In this document: positions 1-10,157 of the stretch, in pieces | How positions within the stretch are numbered: position 1 is the stretch's first letter | How the letters are laid out: each line of letters opens with the position of its first letter | Source of the DNA: Bdellovibrionales bacterium | GTDB lineage: Bacteria; Bdellovibrionota; Bdellovibrionia; Bdellovibrionales; UBA1609 | NCBI GenBank assembly: GCA_965203095.1 | Contig: OZ241877.1 | Location: 1,248,001-1,312,000, forward strand | Direction: 5' to 3' | DNA length: 64,000 bases | The notes under the pieces: model-generated | Told to the model about the DNA's origin: nothing | Database searches by the model: none | What the model saw: the letters and a program-made list of their open reading frames with translations, nothing else | Program-made: the position numbers and the translations under genes

Positions 1-126
1 TGGGTTTATTTTAGCATTCAAAAGAAAGTTCATAAAGAGAGCAAAAAAACCTAAAATCAGAGAGAATGAACCAGCAACAGCTATCACTATAGCGACTGTT
101 ATTTGTATTATTGTTAAAGTCTCCAT
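1..126 (-). CDS. Small membrane protein, runs off the window edge; paralog of 33309..33578
   Basis: My translation from ATG at 126: METLTIIQITVAIVIAVAGSFSLILGFFALFMNFLLNAKINP. AAGGAG RBS upstream. FLLNAxIxP motif shared with the 33309 ORF. Confidence 0.7.
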   Translation of the reverse strand, partial: METLTIIQITVAIVIAVAGSFSLILGFFALFMNFLLNAKINP

Positions 127-161
127 ATTATCTCCTTGTGGTTTTGTTCATATTCTTATCC

Positions 162-190
162 ATTATCGGCTCATTGCCCGGGAATGTCAA
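162..190 (-). promoter_or_regulatory. Sigma70-type promoter TTGACA-N17-GATAAT
   Basis: Minus strand reads TTGACA ttcccgggcaatgagcc GATAAT; nearly the same module lies at 33246-33274. Confidence 0.65.
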
Positions 191-230
191 GCCTTTTATT
201 TGAAGTGTTTGAAACCCCCTGCCTAAATAG

Positions 231-391
231 TCGTCCGTGAAAAACCTCTATAATTCACAGGGGATTCTTCAGTTTCTTTGCCTAAAGGTCCGTCCCATTT
301 CGGGACGGACCTTTAGGCAAAAGTCATTGAAAAGCCTGATCTTGTAAAAGCAGGGAATGAGAAGGTCTTACTGAGGCTTTTTCACGGGCGA
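231..391. mobile_element. MITE-like element with terminal inverted repeats, internal 20-bp hairpin and 8-bp flanking direct repeat
   Basis: Ends TCGTCCGTGAAAAACCTC ... GAGGCTTTTTCACGGGCGA. CTAAATAG at 223-230 and 392-399. Perfect stem 277-296/302-321. Confidence 0.7.
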
Positions 392-454
392 CTAAATAGG
401 CTTTTTTAGGACAAGGGATTAACTGAGGGGGTTGTTGTTGTTGATATTTAATCC

Positions 455-1087
455 TTAATCAAAAATATTTTCAAAAAAATGAATTATATTAAAATTGGCC
501 ATCCCGCACATAACAGCTCCGAAAAAAGCTCCCGTTGTAAAATGAGCTACCGGAAAAGAATATCTGAGAGCACTCTCAGCCTCAAAAGGCACGAAACTAA
601 TCATTGTAGCAAGGCTAACTCCTCCGATAATCAAAGTTGGAGTCGGGTCTTCTTTTGTAAGGTTTCCTATAAGGCAACCGATGCCTCCGCCAGCTAAAGT
701 CGGTCCTCCTATTCCAATAATAAGGGGGATGACAGCAGTTTGAGTTCCTTCCAAAACAAAATGATCTTTTAAGTAAGAGTAGTTTTCTTTTTCTATATCA
801 TTACAGGCCCGGAGATTATGAATAGAAATAGAAGACCTAAAATTTTCTGGAATTGATTTTGAAAAAGGAGGGAGTAAGACTTCTTGATTTTGCGAATCAG
901 CAAAATCAATATAACAAACCGCTTGGCCGTTTTGAACAATAACGGCTTTGCTAATGACAGCTTGTTTTGGATTTAGCTGTTCCATTAGTTCTGTGTTCTG
1001 AGATTGAATAATGGGATCAGCGGAGTCGGGCAAGCTGGCAAAAGCCGGCAAGCTCATTATAAAGAAAAGGCTCAATAACAATTTCAT
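455..1087 (-). CDS. Hypothetical exported/membrane protein with Gly-rich hydrophobic C-terminal helices
   Basis: 210-aa ORF with N-terminal signal peptide and glycine-zipper-like segments (GGGIGCLIG, GAFFGAVMCG). Confidence 0.65.
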   Translation of the reverse strand: MKLLLSLFFIMSLPAFASLPDSADPIIQSQNTELMEQLNPKQAVISKAVIVQNGQAVCYIDFADSQNQEVLLPPFSKSIPENFRSSISIHNLRACNDIEKENYSYLKDHFVLEGTQTAVIPLIIGIGGPTLAGGGIGCLIGNLTKEDPTPTLIIGGVSLATMISFVPFEAESALRYSFPVAHFTTGAFFGAVMCGMANFNIIHFFENIFD

Positions 1088-1315
1088 TGTGTTGTTTTAT
1101 AGCAGGCTTGTCCGGGAAAGTAAAGAAAATAAAGAGTCTTTTGTAAATTTTTCACACAAAGGGCAAAGATTAGGGCTTTTATCCCATTTTCCTAAATAAT
1201 AATGGCCCGTGAAAAATTTACACTTTTTTTAAAAAAGCTGGTCAAAGCGGGTCTGATTAGATTTAATTGATTTTAAGATGTTCACTTTAATAGAGAGGGC
1301 AAGTAGCACCCTATA

Positions 1316-2668
1316 ATGAAATGGAACCTTAACAAAATGGTTTTCCTAAAATGTCACAGCTTTTGCCTGCTTTTTATGCTTTTTCCCTGGTCAACTACAG
1401 CTGGTCGGCCAGTGTCCAAATGCCAAGAGGTAATGTCGGCTCTTTGGGAAAATGGGGGAGAGAAAAAGGCACAGAAGGCTCATCTGGAATCGGCCCTTCG
1501 TCAAGATGGTTCCACTTTGAGGTCCAACCCACCTCCTTTATCAGTAAAAAAAGCCCAGAAAGCTGTATGGAGGATAGGAACTTCCTTAGCAAAAAAAGGC
1601 AGTGGAACAGCTGTTTTTATAAGTCCAAACTTGGCTCTTACTAATTTCCATGTCTTGCAGGGGCTTTCATATCTTGGTGAGGAAAACATAAAATTAACAC
1701 AAAAAAACAGCTGGCGAACTTTGCGTTTAAACAGGGTGGAGCATCTGTCCGCTCTTGAGGATCTGGCCCTTATCTCCATTACATCATCTGTTAAAAATTA
1801 TTTAACTATAAAAGAGGATGAGATAGACCCTCAAGAGATAGCCTATATCCTCGGTTATCCTAAAGGGTTATTTAAAATCTCGCGAACAAGGGGTATGTTT
1901 TTTCCTTTACAGGGTGCTTTGCAATTCCCCATTGATAATTCTGTTCTTAAAGGAATTAGCGGTGCCCCTCTTACTAACCCCCATGGGGAAATCATAGGCT
2001 TGGTTTCTGCCGGAAACAGAAATATGCTTATTGCCAGATCTAATCACCGGTTAAAAAATTTTATTGAAGAAAGAAAGCTCTCAACAGATAAAACCGATTT
2101 AGACATGAAAATTATAGCAGAAATAGAAAGAATTAAGGGTTTGGCTATTGAAGGGGATTTTTCTGCACAATACGAATTAGCCTACATATATTTCTCATAC
2201 ATTTCTCATATAGAAAAATTTGCAGAAAAAGGCAGTGTTTTAGCTCAAAATATGCTGAAGAGCTTAAAAACTGAACAGAGTCCAAGTGTTTTTTATCTCT
2301 TCATTAAGAGTTCAGCAAAAAGTGGCCATGCTTTAGCACAATATTTTTTAGGGGAAATGTATTATAATGGTGAAAAGGTGGAGAAGGATCTCAAGCAAGC
2401 CTATTTTTGGATTAAAAAATCAGCAGAGCAGGGCCATATAATAGCTCAATCCTCTTTGGGAAAAATGTATTATTGGGGAGGGGAGGGTCGAGGAGTGGAA
2501 AAGGATTTAAACCAAGCTCGTTTTTGGGCAGAAAAAGCCAGCAAACAGGGCTATGCTCCGGCACAAGATTTCTTATCTAAATTGTATTTTAGAGAGGAAG
2601 GAGAGGGGCAGGAGCTCAACCAAGCTCGTTTTCGGGCAGAAAAAGCCGGCAAACAAGGCCCATATTAA
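1316..2668 (+). CDS. Trypsin-like serine protease with C-terminal Sel1-like repeats
   Basis: GSGTAVFI, LTNFHV (His), DLALI (Asp), GISGAP (Ser). Sel1 repeats of type AQYFLGEMYYNGEKVEKDLKQAYFWIKKSAEQG. Confidence 0.85.
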   Translation: MKWNLNKMVFLKCHSFCLLFMLFPWSTTAGRPVSKCQEVMSALWENGGEKKAQKAHLESALRQDGSTLRSNPPPLSVKKAQKAVWRIGTSLAKKGSGTAVFISPNLALTNFHVLQGLSYLGEENIKLTQKNSWRTLRLNRVEHLSALEDLALISITSSVKNYLTIKEDEIDPQEIAYILGYPKGLFKISRTRGMFFPLQGALQFPIDNSVLKGISGAPLTNPHGEIIGLVSAGNRNMLIARSNHRLKNFIEERKLSTDKTDLDMKIIAEIERIKGLAIEGDFSAQYELAYIYFSYISHIEKFAEKGSVLAQNMLKSLKTEQSPSVFYLFIKSSAKSGHALAQYFLGEMYYNGEKVEKDLKQAYFWIKKSAEQGHIIAQSSLGKMYYWGGEGRGVEKDLNQARFWAEKASKQGYAPAQDFLSKLYFREEGEGQELNQARFRAEKAGKQGPY

Positions 2669-2758
2669 GGGTTGAAATTTATTGATGAGGAATATTTTTA
2701 TTACTTCTTTGTAATTTGATCTTGAATTTTTAAAATTCATCCGATATAAAAAGCATTT

Positions 2759-3904
2759 GTGAAACCTGCCGGATTGGTTTTTGAAACAGGAGAGATCTTT
2801 AAAGGTTTTTTGCTTGGTGGTTCCGCTAAAGCAGGGGAAGCTGTTTTTAATACCTCTCATGCTGGCTATGAGGAAATGGCCACAGACCCCTCTTATTACA
2901 ATCACATTTTAATTATGACGGCCCCATTGCAGGGGAATTACGGTGCCAACCCTAATTTTTGGCAATCAGAAAATATATGGATCAAAGGTTTTGTCTGTTT
3001 AAGCTTACAAAAAAGCGAACGGGACAGGGGCTGGTTAAACCAACTCAGTGCCTGCGATGTTCCTGTTTTATCCTCTGTTGATACCAGGCAGGCTGTTCTT
3101 TGTTTGAGGGATAAAGGGACAGTTTGGTCAGCTATCGTCCCACTATCTAACAACAGCCGGGAGGAGGCTTTAAGCCTTATTGAAAAAGCCAAATCCGAAC
3201 CCAAGGATTGGACACAGGCGGTTTGTGTTTCATCGCCTAAGGAGTTTAAAGGCCAACAAAAAAAAGGCCCCAAACTGGCTCTTATAGATTTTGGCTTTAA
3301 AAAAAATATTTTAACAGAATTGTTAAAGCGATCCAGTCAGATCTGTGTTTTCCCTTCAAACAGTTCCCAACTGGAGATCAGCCAATGGTCACCCGATGGC
3401 ATAGTTTTATCTAATGGGCCTGGAGATCCAAAAGATGTGCTGGAAGGGGCAAAACTCGTTAAAGAGCTTTTAGGATACCGTCCTATTTTTGGAATCTGTA
3501 TGGGCCATCAAATTTTAGCCCGTGCTATGGGAGCCAGCACTTATAGGTTGAAATTTGGCCACCGGGCCAGCAATCACCCCGTGAAGGACAAACTGCTCAA
3601 TAAAATTTATATGTCCTCTCAAAACCACGGCTACGCGGTGAAAGCGGAGTCTTTACCTAAAGATATTCAAATAAGCCACATTAACTTAAATGATGGGACA
3701 GTGGCGGGTTTTTTTTCCTCAAAAAGAAAATGTTTAGGAACTCAATTTCACCCGGAAAATCACCCTGGCCCTAAAGAGGCGGAGGAGCTTTTTGATTTTT
3801 TTATAAACAAGATGATCCTTAAAAAAACATCAGGCAGTCAGGCCAAAGCGAAAAAAACCCGAAAGTCCACTTCTGTTTCAAAAAAGAGGGAAAATGCCAC
3901 TTAA
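2759..3904 (+). CDS. carA: Carbamoyl-phosphate synthase small subunit
   Basis: [35 protein letters not shown] and QFHPE motifs. Confidence 0.96.
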   Translation: MKPAGLVFETGEIFKGFLLGGSAKAGEAVFNTSHAGYEEMATDPSYYNHILIMTAPLQGNYGANPNFWQSENIWIKGFVCLSLQKSERDRGWLNQLSACDVPVLSSVDTRQAVLCLRDKGTVWSAIVPLSNNSREEALSLIEKAKSEPKDWTQAVCVSSPKEFKGQQKKGPKLALIDFGFKKNILTELLKRSSQICVFPSNSSQLEISQWSPDGIVLSNGPGDPKDVLEGAKLVKELLGYRPIFGICMGHQILARAMGASTYRLKFGHRASNHPVKDKLLNKIYMSSQNHGYAVKAESLPKDIQISHINLNDGTVAGFFSSKRKCLGTQFHPENHPGPKEAEELFDFFINKMILKKTSGSQAKAKKTRKSTSVSKKRENAT

Positions 3905-6900
3905 AAAAAATATAAAAAAGATCATGATTATTGGGAGTGGGCCTATTGTCATTGGGCAAGCTTGTGAGTTTGATTACTCCGGCGTTCAAGCTTGCAAAGC
4001 TTTAATGAGTTTGGGTTTAGAAGTGGTTTTAGTTAACTCCAATCCAGCAACTATTATGACAGATCCGGAAACAGCAACAAAAGTTTATATTGAGCCTTTA
4101 CAATTTGATTATGTAAAAACCATTTTAGAAAAAGAAAAGCCTGATGGCCTGATCTCCACTTTGGGCGGGCAAACGGCTTTAAACCTTTCTGTCCAACTGG
4201 CGGAAAAGGGCATTCTTCAAAAACATGGTGTCCAACTTTTAGGTGCTAATTTAAAAGTGATTAAAAAAGTAGAGGATAGAGAGCAATTTATTAAAATTCT
4301 ATCCCGTTTAAAGGCCAACTATGCCCCTAACTGTTTGATCACTAATTTAAAACAAGGCTTAAAATCAGCAGAAAAGTTAGGCTGGCCAGTGATCTTAAGG
4401 CCCAATTACACTTTGGGGGGAACAGGTGGTGGGGTGGCTTACTCTATGGAGGAATTGCGATCTTTGTTGGCTATTGCTCTTTCAGAAAGCCCCTCTTCTG
4501 AAGTGCTTATGGAAAAAAGCCTCTTAGGTTGGAAAGAGTTTGAACTGGAAGTCATGAGGGACTCTGAGGGGACCTCCGTTGTGGTTTGCTCTATTGAAAA
4601 TATTGACCCCTGTGGAGTTCATACTGGCGACAGCATAACTGTTGCCCCTCAAATCACCCTTTCGGATAGAGCCTATCAGGAAATGCGAAAAGAAGCCCTT
4701 AACATTATTGAAGAAATTGGTTTAGAGACCGGAGGGGCGAATATTCAGTTTGCTGTTCATCCGCAAACGGGCCAGAGGATGGTGATTGAGGTCAATCCCC
4801 GGGTGAGTCGCTCCTCGGCTTTGGCCAGCAAAGCTACAGGATTTCCTATTGCTAAAATATCAGCTCTTTTATCTGTGGGTTGGACTTTAGATGAAATACA
4901 AAACGACATTACCAAAGTCACCCCCTCTTGCTACGAGCCGGCTTTAGATTATATTGTGACGAAGATCCCCCGTTTTGATTTTGAAAAATATCCTGGTGCT
5001 GAGGACATTTTGCGAACACAAATGCAAAGTGTGGGGGAAGTTATGGCCATTGGCCGAAGTTTCAAAGAGTCTTTTCAAAAAGCTTTGCAATCTTTAGAAA
5101 AACCAGAAGTCAACTGTTCCCTTAACTTTGATGAAAAAAAACTCACCTATCCTAATAGCGAAAGGATCTATTACATTTTTGAATCTCTTAGAAGAGGATA
5201 CACTGTAGAGGCTTTAGGCTATCTTACTGGGATAGACCCTTGGTTTTTAGAGCAGTTTGAAAGCCTTGTTCAAACAGAAAATCAAATCCGGAAAGCAAAA
5301 GACAGGTGGGACACAAGGCTTATTTATCAAGCCAAACGGGATGGCTTTTCAGATAAACAACTGGCAAAATGGACAGACAAAACGGAAAAGGATATTTTTA
5401 AATTTCGTAAAAAGAAAGGCATTTTGCCCGCTTTTTACAAAGTGGATACTTGTGCCGGAGAATTTGAGTCAAAAACTCCTTATTATTACTCCACTTATTG
5501 GGGGAAAAGGGAATCTCACAAAAAATCCGGCAAAAAAATTATCGCCATAATAGGGAGTGGGCCTAACCGCATTGGCCAAGGTATTGAGTTTGATTACAGT
5601 TGTGTTCGTGGGGTGAAGGAGTTAAAAAGAATGGGATATGAAACAGCCCTTATCAACTCCAACCCAGAAACAGTTTCAACAGACTATGATATTTCCGATC
5701 AGCTGTTTTTTGAACCCATCACTTTAGAGCATGTTCGGGAAGTGCTGGATTTTATCAGCCCCTCTCATCTTATTGTTCAGTTAGGAGGGCAAAACCCCAT
5801 TGACTTATCCAGTGAGCTATCTAAAGAAAGTTATAAAATTGCTGGTTCTTCTGCTAAGGCTATTGATTTGGCTGAAGACAGAGGTCGTTTTGTCCGAGTT
5901 TGCTCCCATTTGGGTTTTAAAACCCCTCGCTCCGCTTTGGCAATAGATATTCAAACAGCTCTGAAGGTGGGAAAAAAGTTAGGCTACCCCTTGCTGGCTC
6001 GGCCCAGTTATGTTCTGGGAGGTCGCCGGATGGAAATTATAGAAACAGAAGAAGAACTTAAATCTTATTTTACAAAATACAGTCAATTTTTCTCCAAAAA
6101 TAAACCCTGTTTAATGGATCAATATTTGGAGAGTTTTTTAGAAGTGGATGTGGATATGGCCCGTGGAAAAGACTGGGCAATAATAGGAGGCATTGTGGAA
6201 CATATAGAAGCCGTGGGCATTCATAGCGGAGACAGCATGGGGGCACTCCCTCCGCAAAGGCTAAAGCCTGAGATATGCGAAAGGATAGAGCAGTTGAGTT
6301 TGAGTTTAGCTAAAGAGTTAAAAATTCTTGGGTTTTTAAATTTACAGCTGGCCATTCAAGAGGATGAAATTTATATGTTGGAGGCCAACCCCAGAAGTTC
6401 CAGAAGTGTTCCTTTTATCAGCAAAGCCACTGGGATTCCCCTTGTGGATTTTGGAATATGGGCTATGATGAAAAAATCCAAAAAAGAGCTTAAAAGAGAG
6501 CTTAAATCTTGGAAAAACCAAAATTATTTTTCTGTTAAGGGTGTGGTTTTCCCTTTTAAAAAAATCAAAAAAACGGATTCCATTTTAGGTCCTGAAATGA
6601 AATCCATTGGTGAGGTTATGGGTAGGGGAGAGGATTACCCTACGGCTTTGACAAAAGCTTTAATGTCCAGCGGGTTTCAGTTTCCGGCAAAAGGAGAGGT
6701 GTTTTTATCTCTAAGGGATAAGGACAAAATGCCCCTGCTTTCAGACATTCAAAAACTGGTCTCAGTAGGCTACACTCTTTCGGCAACAAAAGGGACGGCA
6801 GACTTCCTTCAAAAGCATGGCCTCAAATGCGAATATGTAAAAAAGGTTTTGCAAGGTCGCCCCCACTGTGTGGATCGCATTCTTTCCGGCAAAGTGGCTT

Positions 6901-7097
6901 TGGTTTTTAATACCACTTCTAAAAGCTCTTCTGTTCAAGCCAGTTTTAGCATTAGAAGGAGTTGTATTGACTTCAACATCCCCTGCCTGACAGAGGCCCA
7001 TGCCATTCAGGCTTTTGTAATGGCTTTAATTGGGCAGAGGGAAAGCCAACTCCCTATTTATCCTTTACAAAAATATGATTATCAGGAGGTAAAATGA
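3894..7097 (+). CDS. carB: Carbamoyl-phosphate synthase large subunit
   Basis: [27 protein letters not shown], duplicated ATP-grasp halves, C-terminal MGS domain; 1067 aa. Confidence 0.98.
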   Translation: MPLKKNIKKIMIIGSGPIVIGQACEFDYSGVQACKALMSLGLEVVLVNSNPATIMTDPETATKVYIEPLQFDYVKTILEKEKPDGLISTLGGQTALNLSVQLAEKGILQKHGVQLLGANLKVIKKVEDREQFIKILSRLKANYAPNCLITNLKQGLKSAEKLGWPVILRPNYTLGGTGGGVAYSMEELRSLLAIALSESPSSEVLMEKSLLGWKEFELEVMRDSEGTSVVVCSIENIDPCGVHTGDSITVAPQITLSDRAYQEMRKEALNIIEEIGLETGGANIQFAVHPQTGQRMVIEVNPRVSRSSALASKATGFPIAKISALLSVGWTLDEIQNDITKVTPSCYEPALDYIVTKIPRFDFEKYPGAEDILRTQMQSVGEVMAIGRSFKESFQKALQSLEKPEVNCSLNFDEKKLTYPNSERIYYIFESLRRGYTVEALGYLTGIDPWFLEQFESLVQTENQIRKAKDRWDTRLIYQAKRDGFSDKQLAKWTDKTEKDIFKFRKKKGILPAFYKVDTCAGEFESKTPYYYSTYWGKRESHKKSGKKIIAIIGSGPNRIGQGIEFDYSCVRGVKELKRMGYETALINSNPETVSTDYDISDQLFFEPITLEHVREVLDFISPSHLIVQLGGQNPIDLSSELSKESYKIAGSSAKAIDLAEDRGRFVRVCSHLGFKTPRSALAIDIQTALKVGKKLGYPLLARPSYVLGGRRMEIIETEEELKSYFTKYSQFFSKNKPCLMDQYLESFLEVDVDMARGKDWAIIGGIVEHIEAVGIHSGDSMGALPPQRLKPEICERIEQLSLSLAKELKILGFLNLQLAIQEDEIYMLEANPRSSRSVPFISKATGIPLVDFGIWAMMKKSKKELKRELKSWKNQNYFSVKGVVFPFKKIKKTDSILGPEMKSIGEVMGRGEDYPTALTKALMSSGFQFPAKGEVFLSLRDKDKMPLLSDIQKLVSVGYTLSATKGTADFLQKHGLKCEYVKKVLQGRPHCVDRILSGKVALVFNTTSKSSSVQASFSIRRSCIDFNIPCLTEAHAIQAFVMALIGQRESQLPIYPLQKYDYQEVK

Positions 7098-7969
7098 AAA
7101 ATGTTTTAGAGGTTAAAGATCTTAGGAAAAGCTTTAACCGGCCTTTTTTTAAAAAAGCAGAAGTTTTAAAAGGTTTAAGTTTTTCTATCCCTAAAGGTTC
7201 TGCTGTGGGCTTTCTTGGAGCTAATGGATCGGGAAAAACAACCACCTTCAAATGCCTTTTACAACTATTAAAAAAAGACAGTGGCGAGATTCATTTTTTT
7301 GGCCAGCCTTTATCTTCTGAAAGCCGATCCCGAATAGGCTTTTTGCCGGAACGGCCACAATTTTATGAAGAGCTAACAGCTCAGGAGTGCCTTCGTTTTT
7401 ACAGTTCCCTTAGTCGGCCTCTGTCCTCTTCTTTAAAATCGCGAATAGCGGAAGGTTTAAAAAAGTTAGGGCTTTATGAGTATCGGGATAAGAGGCTAAA
7501 AACTTTTTCTAAAGGAATGTTGCAAAAAGTGGGTTTACTTCAGGCCATGGTTCATGATCCTGATCTTTTAATTTTAGATGAGCCTTTTTCTGGTTTGGAT
7601 CCAGAAAGTCGGTTTACTGTTGCTGAACTTTTAGAGCAAGCTTTGCAAAAAGGCTGTTCTATTTTTTTAAGTAGTCATATTTTTCAAGATGTGGAGAGAA
7701 TTTGCAATAAATTGCTTATCCTTAAAGATGGCCGGCTTTTATTTAAAGGGGATTCCAGCCATTTGCAAGCCACCTCTCAGGGCAAAAAAAGCATTTTATT
7801 CCTTTTAAACGGCCAGCAACAGCATAAAACTGTGCCCTCTCAAGAGGCATGCCAAAAAGAGTTAAAAAGGCTTTTATCGGAAGGAGCTATCATTATTGCT
7901 ATTCATAGTCAGGGAGGAGATTTAGAGCAAAAATACAAAGACTTACTAAAAGAGGGAAAAGCAAAATGA
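7094..7969 (+). CDS. ABC transporter ATP-binding protein
   Basis: GANGSGKTT Walker A, FSKGMLQK signature, LILDEP Walker B, SSH switch. Confidence 0.92.
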   Translation: MKNVLEVKDLRKSFNRPFFKKAEVLKGLSFSIPKGSAVGFLGANGSGKTTTFKCLLQLLKKDSGEIHFFGQPLSSESRSRIGFLPERPQFYEELTAQECLRFYSSLSRPLSSSLKSRIAEGLKKLGLYEYRDKRLKTFSKGMLQKVGLLQAMVHDPDLLILDEPFSGLDPESRFTVAELLEQALQKGCSIFLSSHIFQDVERICNKLLILKDGRLLFKGDSSHLQATSQGKKSILFLLNGQQQHKTVPSQEACQKELKRLLSEGAIIIAIHSQGGDLEQKYKDLLKEGKAK

Positions 7970-8727
7970 GAGCCATCCTTATTGTTTCTGCCAATACTAT
8001 TCGCAAGGGATTGAGAAAGAAGTTTTTAGCTATTCTCCTTTTGTCTTGCTTTTTGGTTTTGTGTTTGAGCCTGTTATTTGCTCAACTCAGTTTAGATGAC
8101 AAAGGCCGTTTGACAGTGGATTTTGGATTAGCAACGGTTCAACTTTTGCTTGTGTCCCTATCTGTTTTTTTTGGGGCTGGTTTTATAAGTTCGGATATGG
8201 ATAAAAAATTGTGGATGATTTTAACTCGTCCGATTCGTCCCTCTGTCTTTTTTTTAGGTCGTTATTTTGGGCTTACGGGACTTTTGTTTTTAGGATGGCT
8301 TAGCCTCTCCCTGCTCTTGGTTTTATTTTTTGTCTTTTTAAAAATCCCTATTCAGCTGATTCTTTTATACGCCCTTTTGGGCTTTTTAGTAGAGAGCCTT
8401 TTCCTTTTGGCTTTTGTTTTGTTTTTTGCCTCTTACTCTCAATCTTTTCTGGTTTCGTTTTATTGTTTATCTATTTTCATAATTGGCCATTTTTTGGAAA
8501 CCCTATTTTATTTTATTGAAAAAATGCCGGGGGGCTTAAGCCTCATTTTATCTCAAATTTTAAGCTTTTTACCCAATTTAGAAAGAATCAACTGGAAGTC
8601 TGCTGTAGTTTATCAAGATCAGATCGCTTTTTCTGATTGGGCATTATCCTCTGTCCCCATTATTTTGTGGACGGGGCTTATTTTGAGTTGGGGCCTTTTG
8701 ATTATGGAAAACAGGGAATACGGCTAA
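7966..8727 (+). CDS. ABC-2 type transporter permease
   Basis: About six hydrophobic segments, ILTRPIRP..FFLGRYFG motif, overlaps the ATPase stop. Confidence 0.85.
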   Translation: MRAILIVSANTIRKGLRKKFLAILLLSCFLVLCLSLLFAQLSLDDKGRLTVDFGLATVQLLLVSLSVFFGAGFISSDMDKKLWMILTRPIRPSVFFLGRYFGLTGLLFLGWLSLSLLLVLFFVFLKIPIQLILLYALLGFLVESLFLLAFVLFFASYSQSFLVSFYCLSIFIIGHFLETLFYFIEKMPGGLSLILSQILSFLPNLERINWKSAVVYQDQIAFSDWALSSVPIILWTGLILSWGLLIMENREYG

Positions 8728-8737
8728 CTCTACATAC

Positions 8738-8888
8738 TCCTCCGTGAAAAAGCTGGACAAAAAGCCTCGTCCTCTTTTTCCTGCTTTTGTCCAAAGGCCA
8801 TTCCATGAGGGTCCAAGGTATTGCCGTCCCGAAATGGAATGGTCCTTTGGACAAAAAAAGTTAAAAAACAAAGGTTTTTCACGGACAA
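8738..8888. mobile_element. MITE-like element, second member of the 231..391 family
   Basis: Ends TCCTCCGTGAAAAAGCT ... AGGTTTTTCACGGACAA. CTACATAC at 8730-8737 and 8889-8896. Long internal hairpin ~8786-8856. Confidence 0.65.
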
Positions 8889-8944
8889 CTACATACTCCT
8901 TATCGCATAAGTTTCAACCATGGCCGGAGATCCTCCATAGGTCC

Positions 8945-9751
8945 TTACAATTTTTGCTTCACAGCTTCTTGTGATTCTTCCTCCACAGCGTCGTCTTGCG
9001 ATTCCTCCTCACATTTTTCATCTATAATAGCTCCATCCCAGATTGCATGCTCTGAGTCTGTTTCCCGCAAGTCGGCCCTACACAAGTTCGCATTTTGAAA
9101 GTTTGCATATTCCAAGTCAGCTCCAAACAAAATTGCATTTTGCAATTTTGCTGATTCCAAGATTGCTGAATACAAATCAGCCTCCCACAAGTTCGCATTT
9201 TGCAAGTTCGCTTTAGTTAAGTCCGCTCCATCTAAGTCCGCAGACTGCAATTTTGCCCTCTGCAATTTTGCAAGCCTCAAGTTTGCCCCTGTCAAGTCCG
9301 CAGACTGTAATTTTGCCAATATCAAGCTCGCCTCCTGTAAGTCGGCATACTCCAAGTCCGTTCCTCTCAAGTCCGCCATATCCAATTTTGCTGATATTAA
9401 GCTCGCGAACTCCAATTCGGCATTCCGCAAGTCCGCCCCTGTCAAGTCAGCTGTATTCAAATTTGCATACTGTAATTTTGTTCCTCGCAAATCAGCATGT
9501 CGCAAGTCCGCTCCATCTAAGTTCGCTCCTCGCAAATCAGCATGTCGCAAGTCTGTATTCTGTAAGTCCTTTTTCCCTTGTTTAATTTGTTCAATCAACT
9601 CTTCTGGTTGGACGGTATCAACTGGGCTTAGCTCTGCTGGCTGGACGGGATCAACTGGCTGGACGGGATCAACTGGTTGGACGGGATCAGCTGGGATTGT
9701 TGAACCAAAAGCCGGCAAGCTTATTAAAAAAAGGCTCAATAATAATTTCAT
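8945..9751 (-). CDS. Secreted pentapeptide-repeat protein
   Basis: Signal peptide, DPVQPV repeats, then a long run of A(D/N)Lxx pentapeptides and an acidic tail. Confidence 0.9.
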   Translation of the reverse strand: MKLLLSLFLISLPAFGSTIPADPVQPVDPVQPVDPVQPAELSPVDTVQPEELIEQIKQGKKDLQNTDLRHADLRGANLDGADLRHADLRGTKLQYANLNTADLTGADLRNAELEFASLISAKLDMADLRGTDLEYADLQEASLILAKLQSADLTGANLRLAKLQRAKLQSADLDGADLTKANLQNANLWEADLYSAILESAKLQNAILFGADLEYANFQNANLCRADLRETDSEHAIWDGAIIDEKCEEESQDDAVEEESQEAVKQKL

Positions 9752-9882
9752 AGGTTCCTCCTAATTTTTATGTGTATGAACTGAAGATAGCACAGCCATA
9801 ATGGGGAGTCAATTAAAGGCTGTGACTATAAGCAAACAGCCCACCGGAGCGGGCTGTAAGCTATATGCAACTTCCGATATTC

Positions 9883-9909
9883 TTATCGGCTGAATGGACC
9901 AAAACTTTA
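9883..9909 (-). promoter_or_regulatory. Sigma28 (FliA)-type promoter
   Basis: Minus strand TAAA-gttttggtccattca(15 nt)-GCCGATAA, an exact match to the canonical sigma28 consensus. Confidence 0.7.
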
Positions 9910-10157
9910 ATCTTTTTTTCAAATTTTATGGAAAAAATGACTAAAATGACCCTTTTTTTTGGACAAAAGTGTTCATTTTTTGGTCTATCGGATCAGAATT
10001 TTTTTCAAAAAGCCTCAATTTCTCATTAAAAACTGGCATTTTTTGAGTTTTTTTGTTATATATTCTATAAAAGGTTCTATGGGCTTTTAGATATTTCATC
10101 CATCAAAAAACCAAAAGTCATATCTATTCTTTTAATAGAGATGAGAAAGGATAAAAA

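Noticed and set aside
8644..8974. Short ORFs 8744..8974 (+) and 8644..8871 (-)
   Set aside because: They span the MITE-like element and overlap real gene ends; likely spurious.
9253..9585. 110-aa plus-strand ORF
   Set aside because: Shadow ORF antisense to the pentapeptide repeats.
8945..9751. Qnr-type quinolone resistance protein
   Set aside because: It has a signal peptide and Pro-rich linker; generic pentapeptide repeats are not enough to call Qnr.
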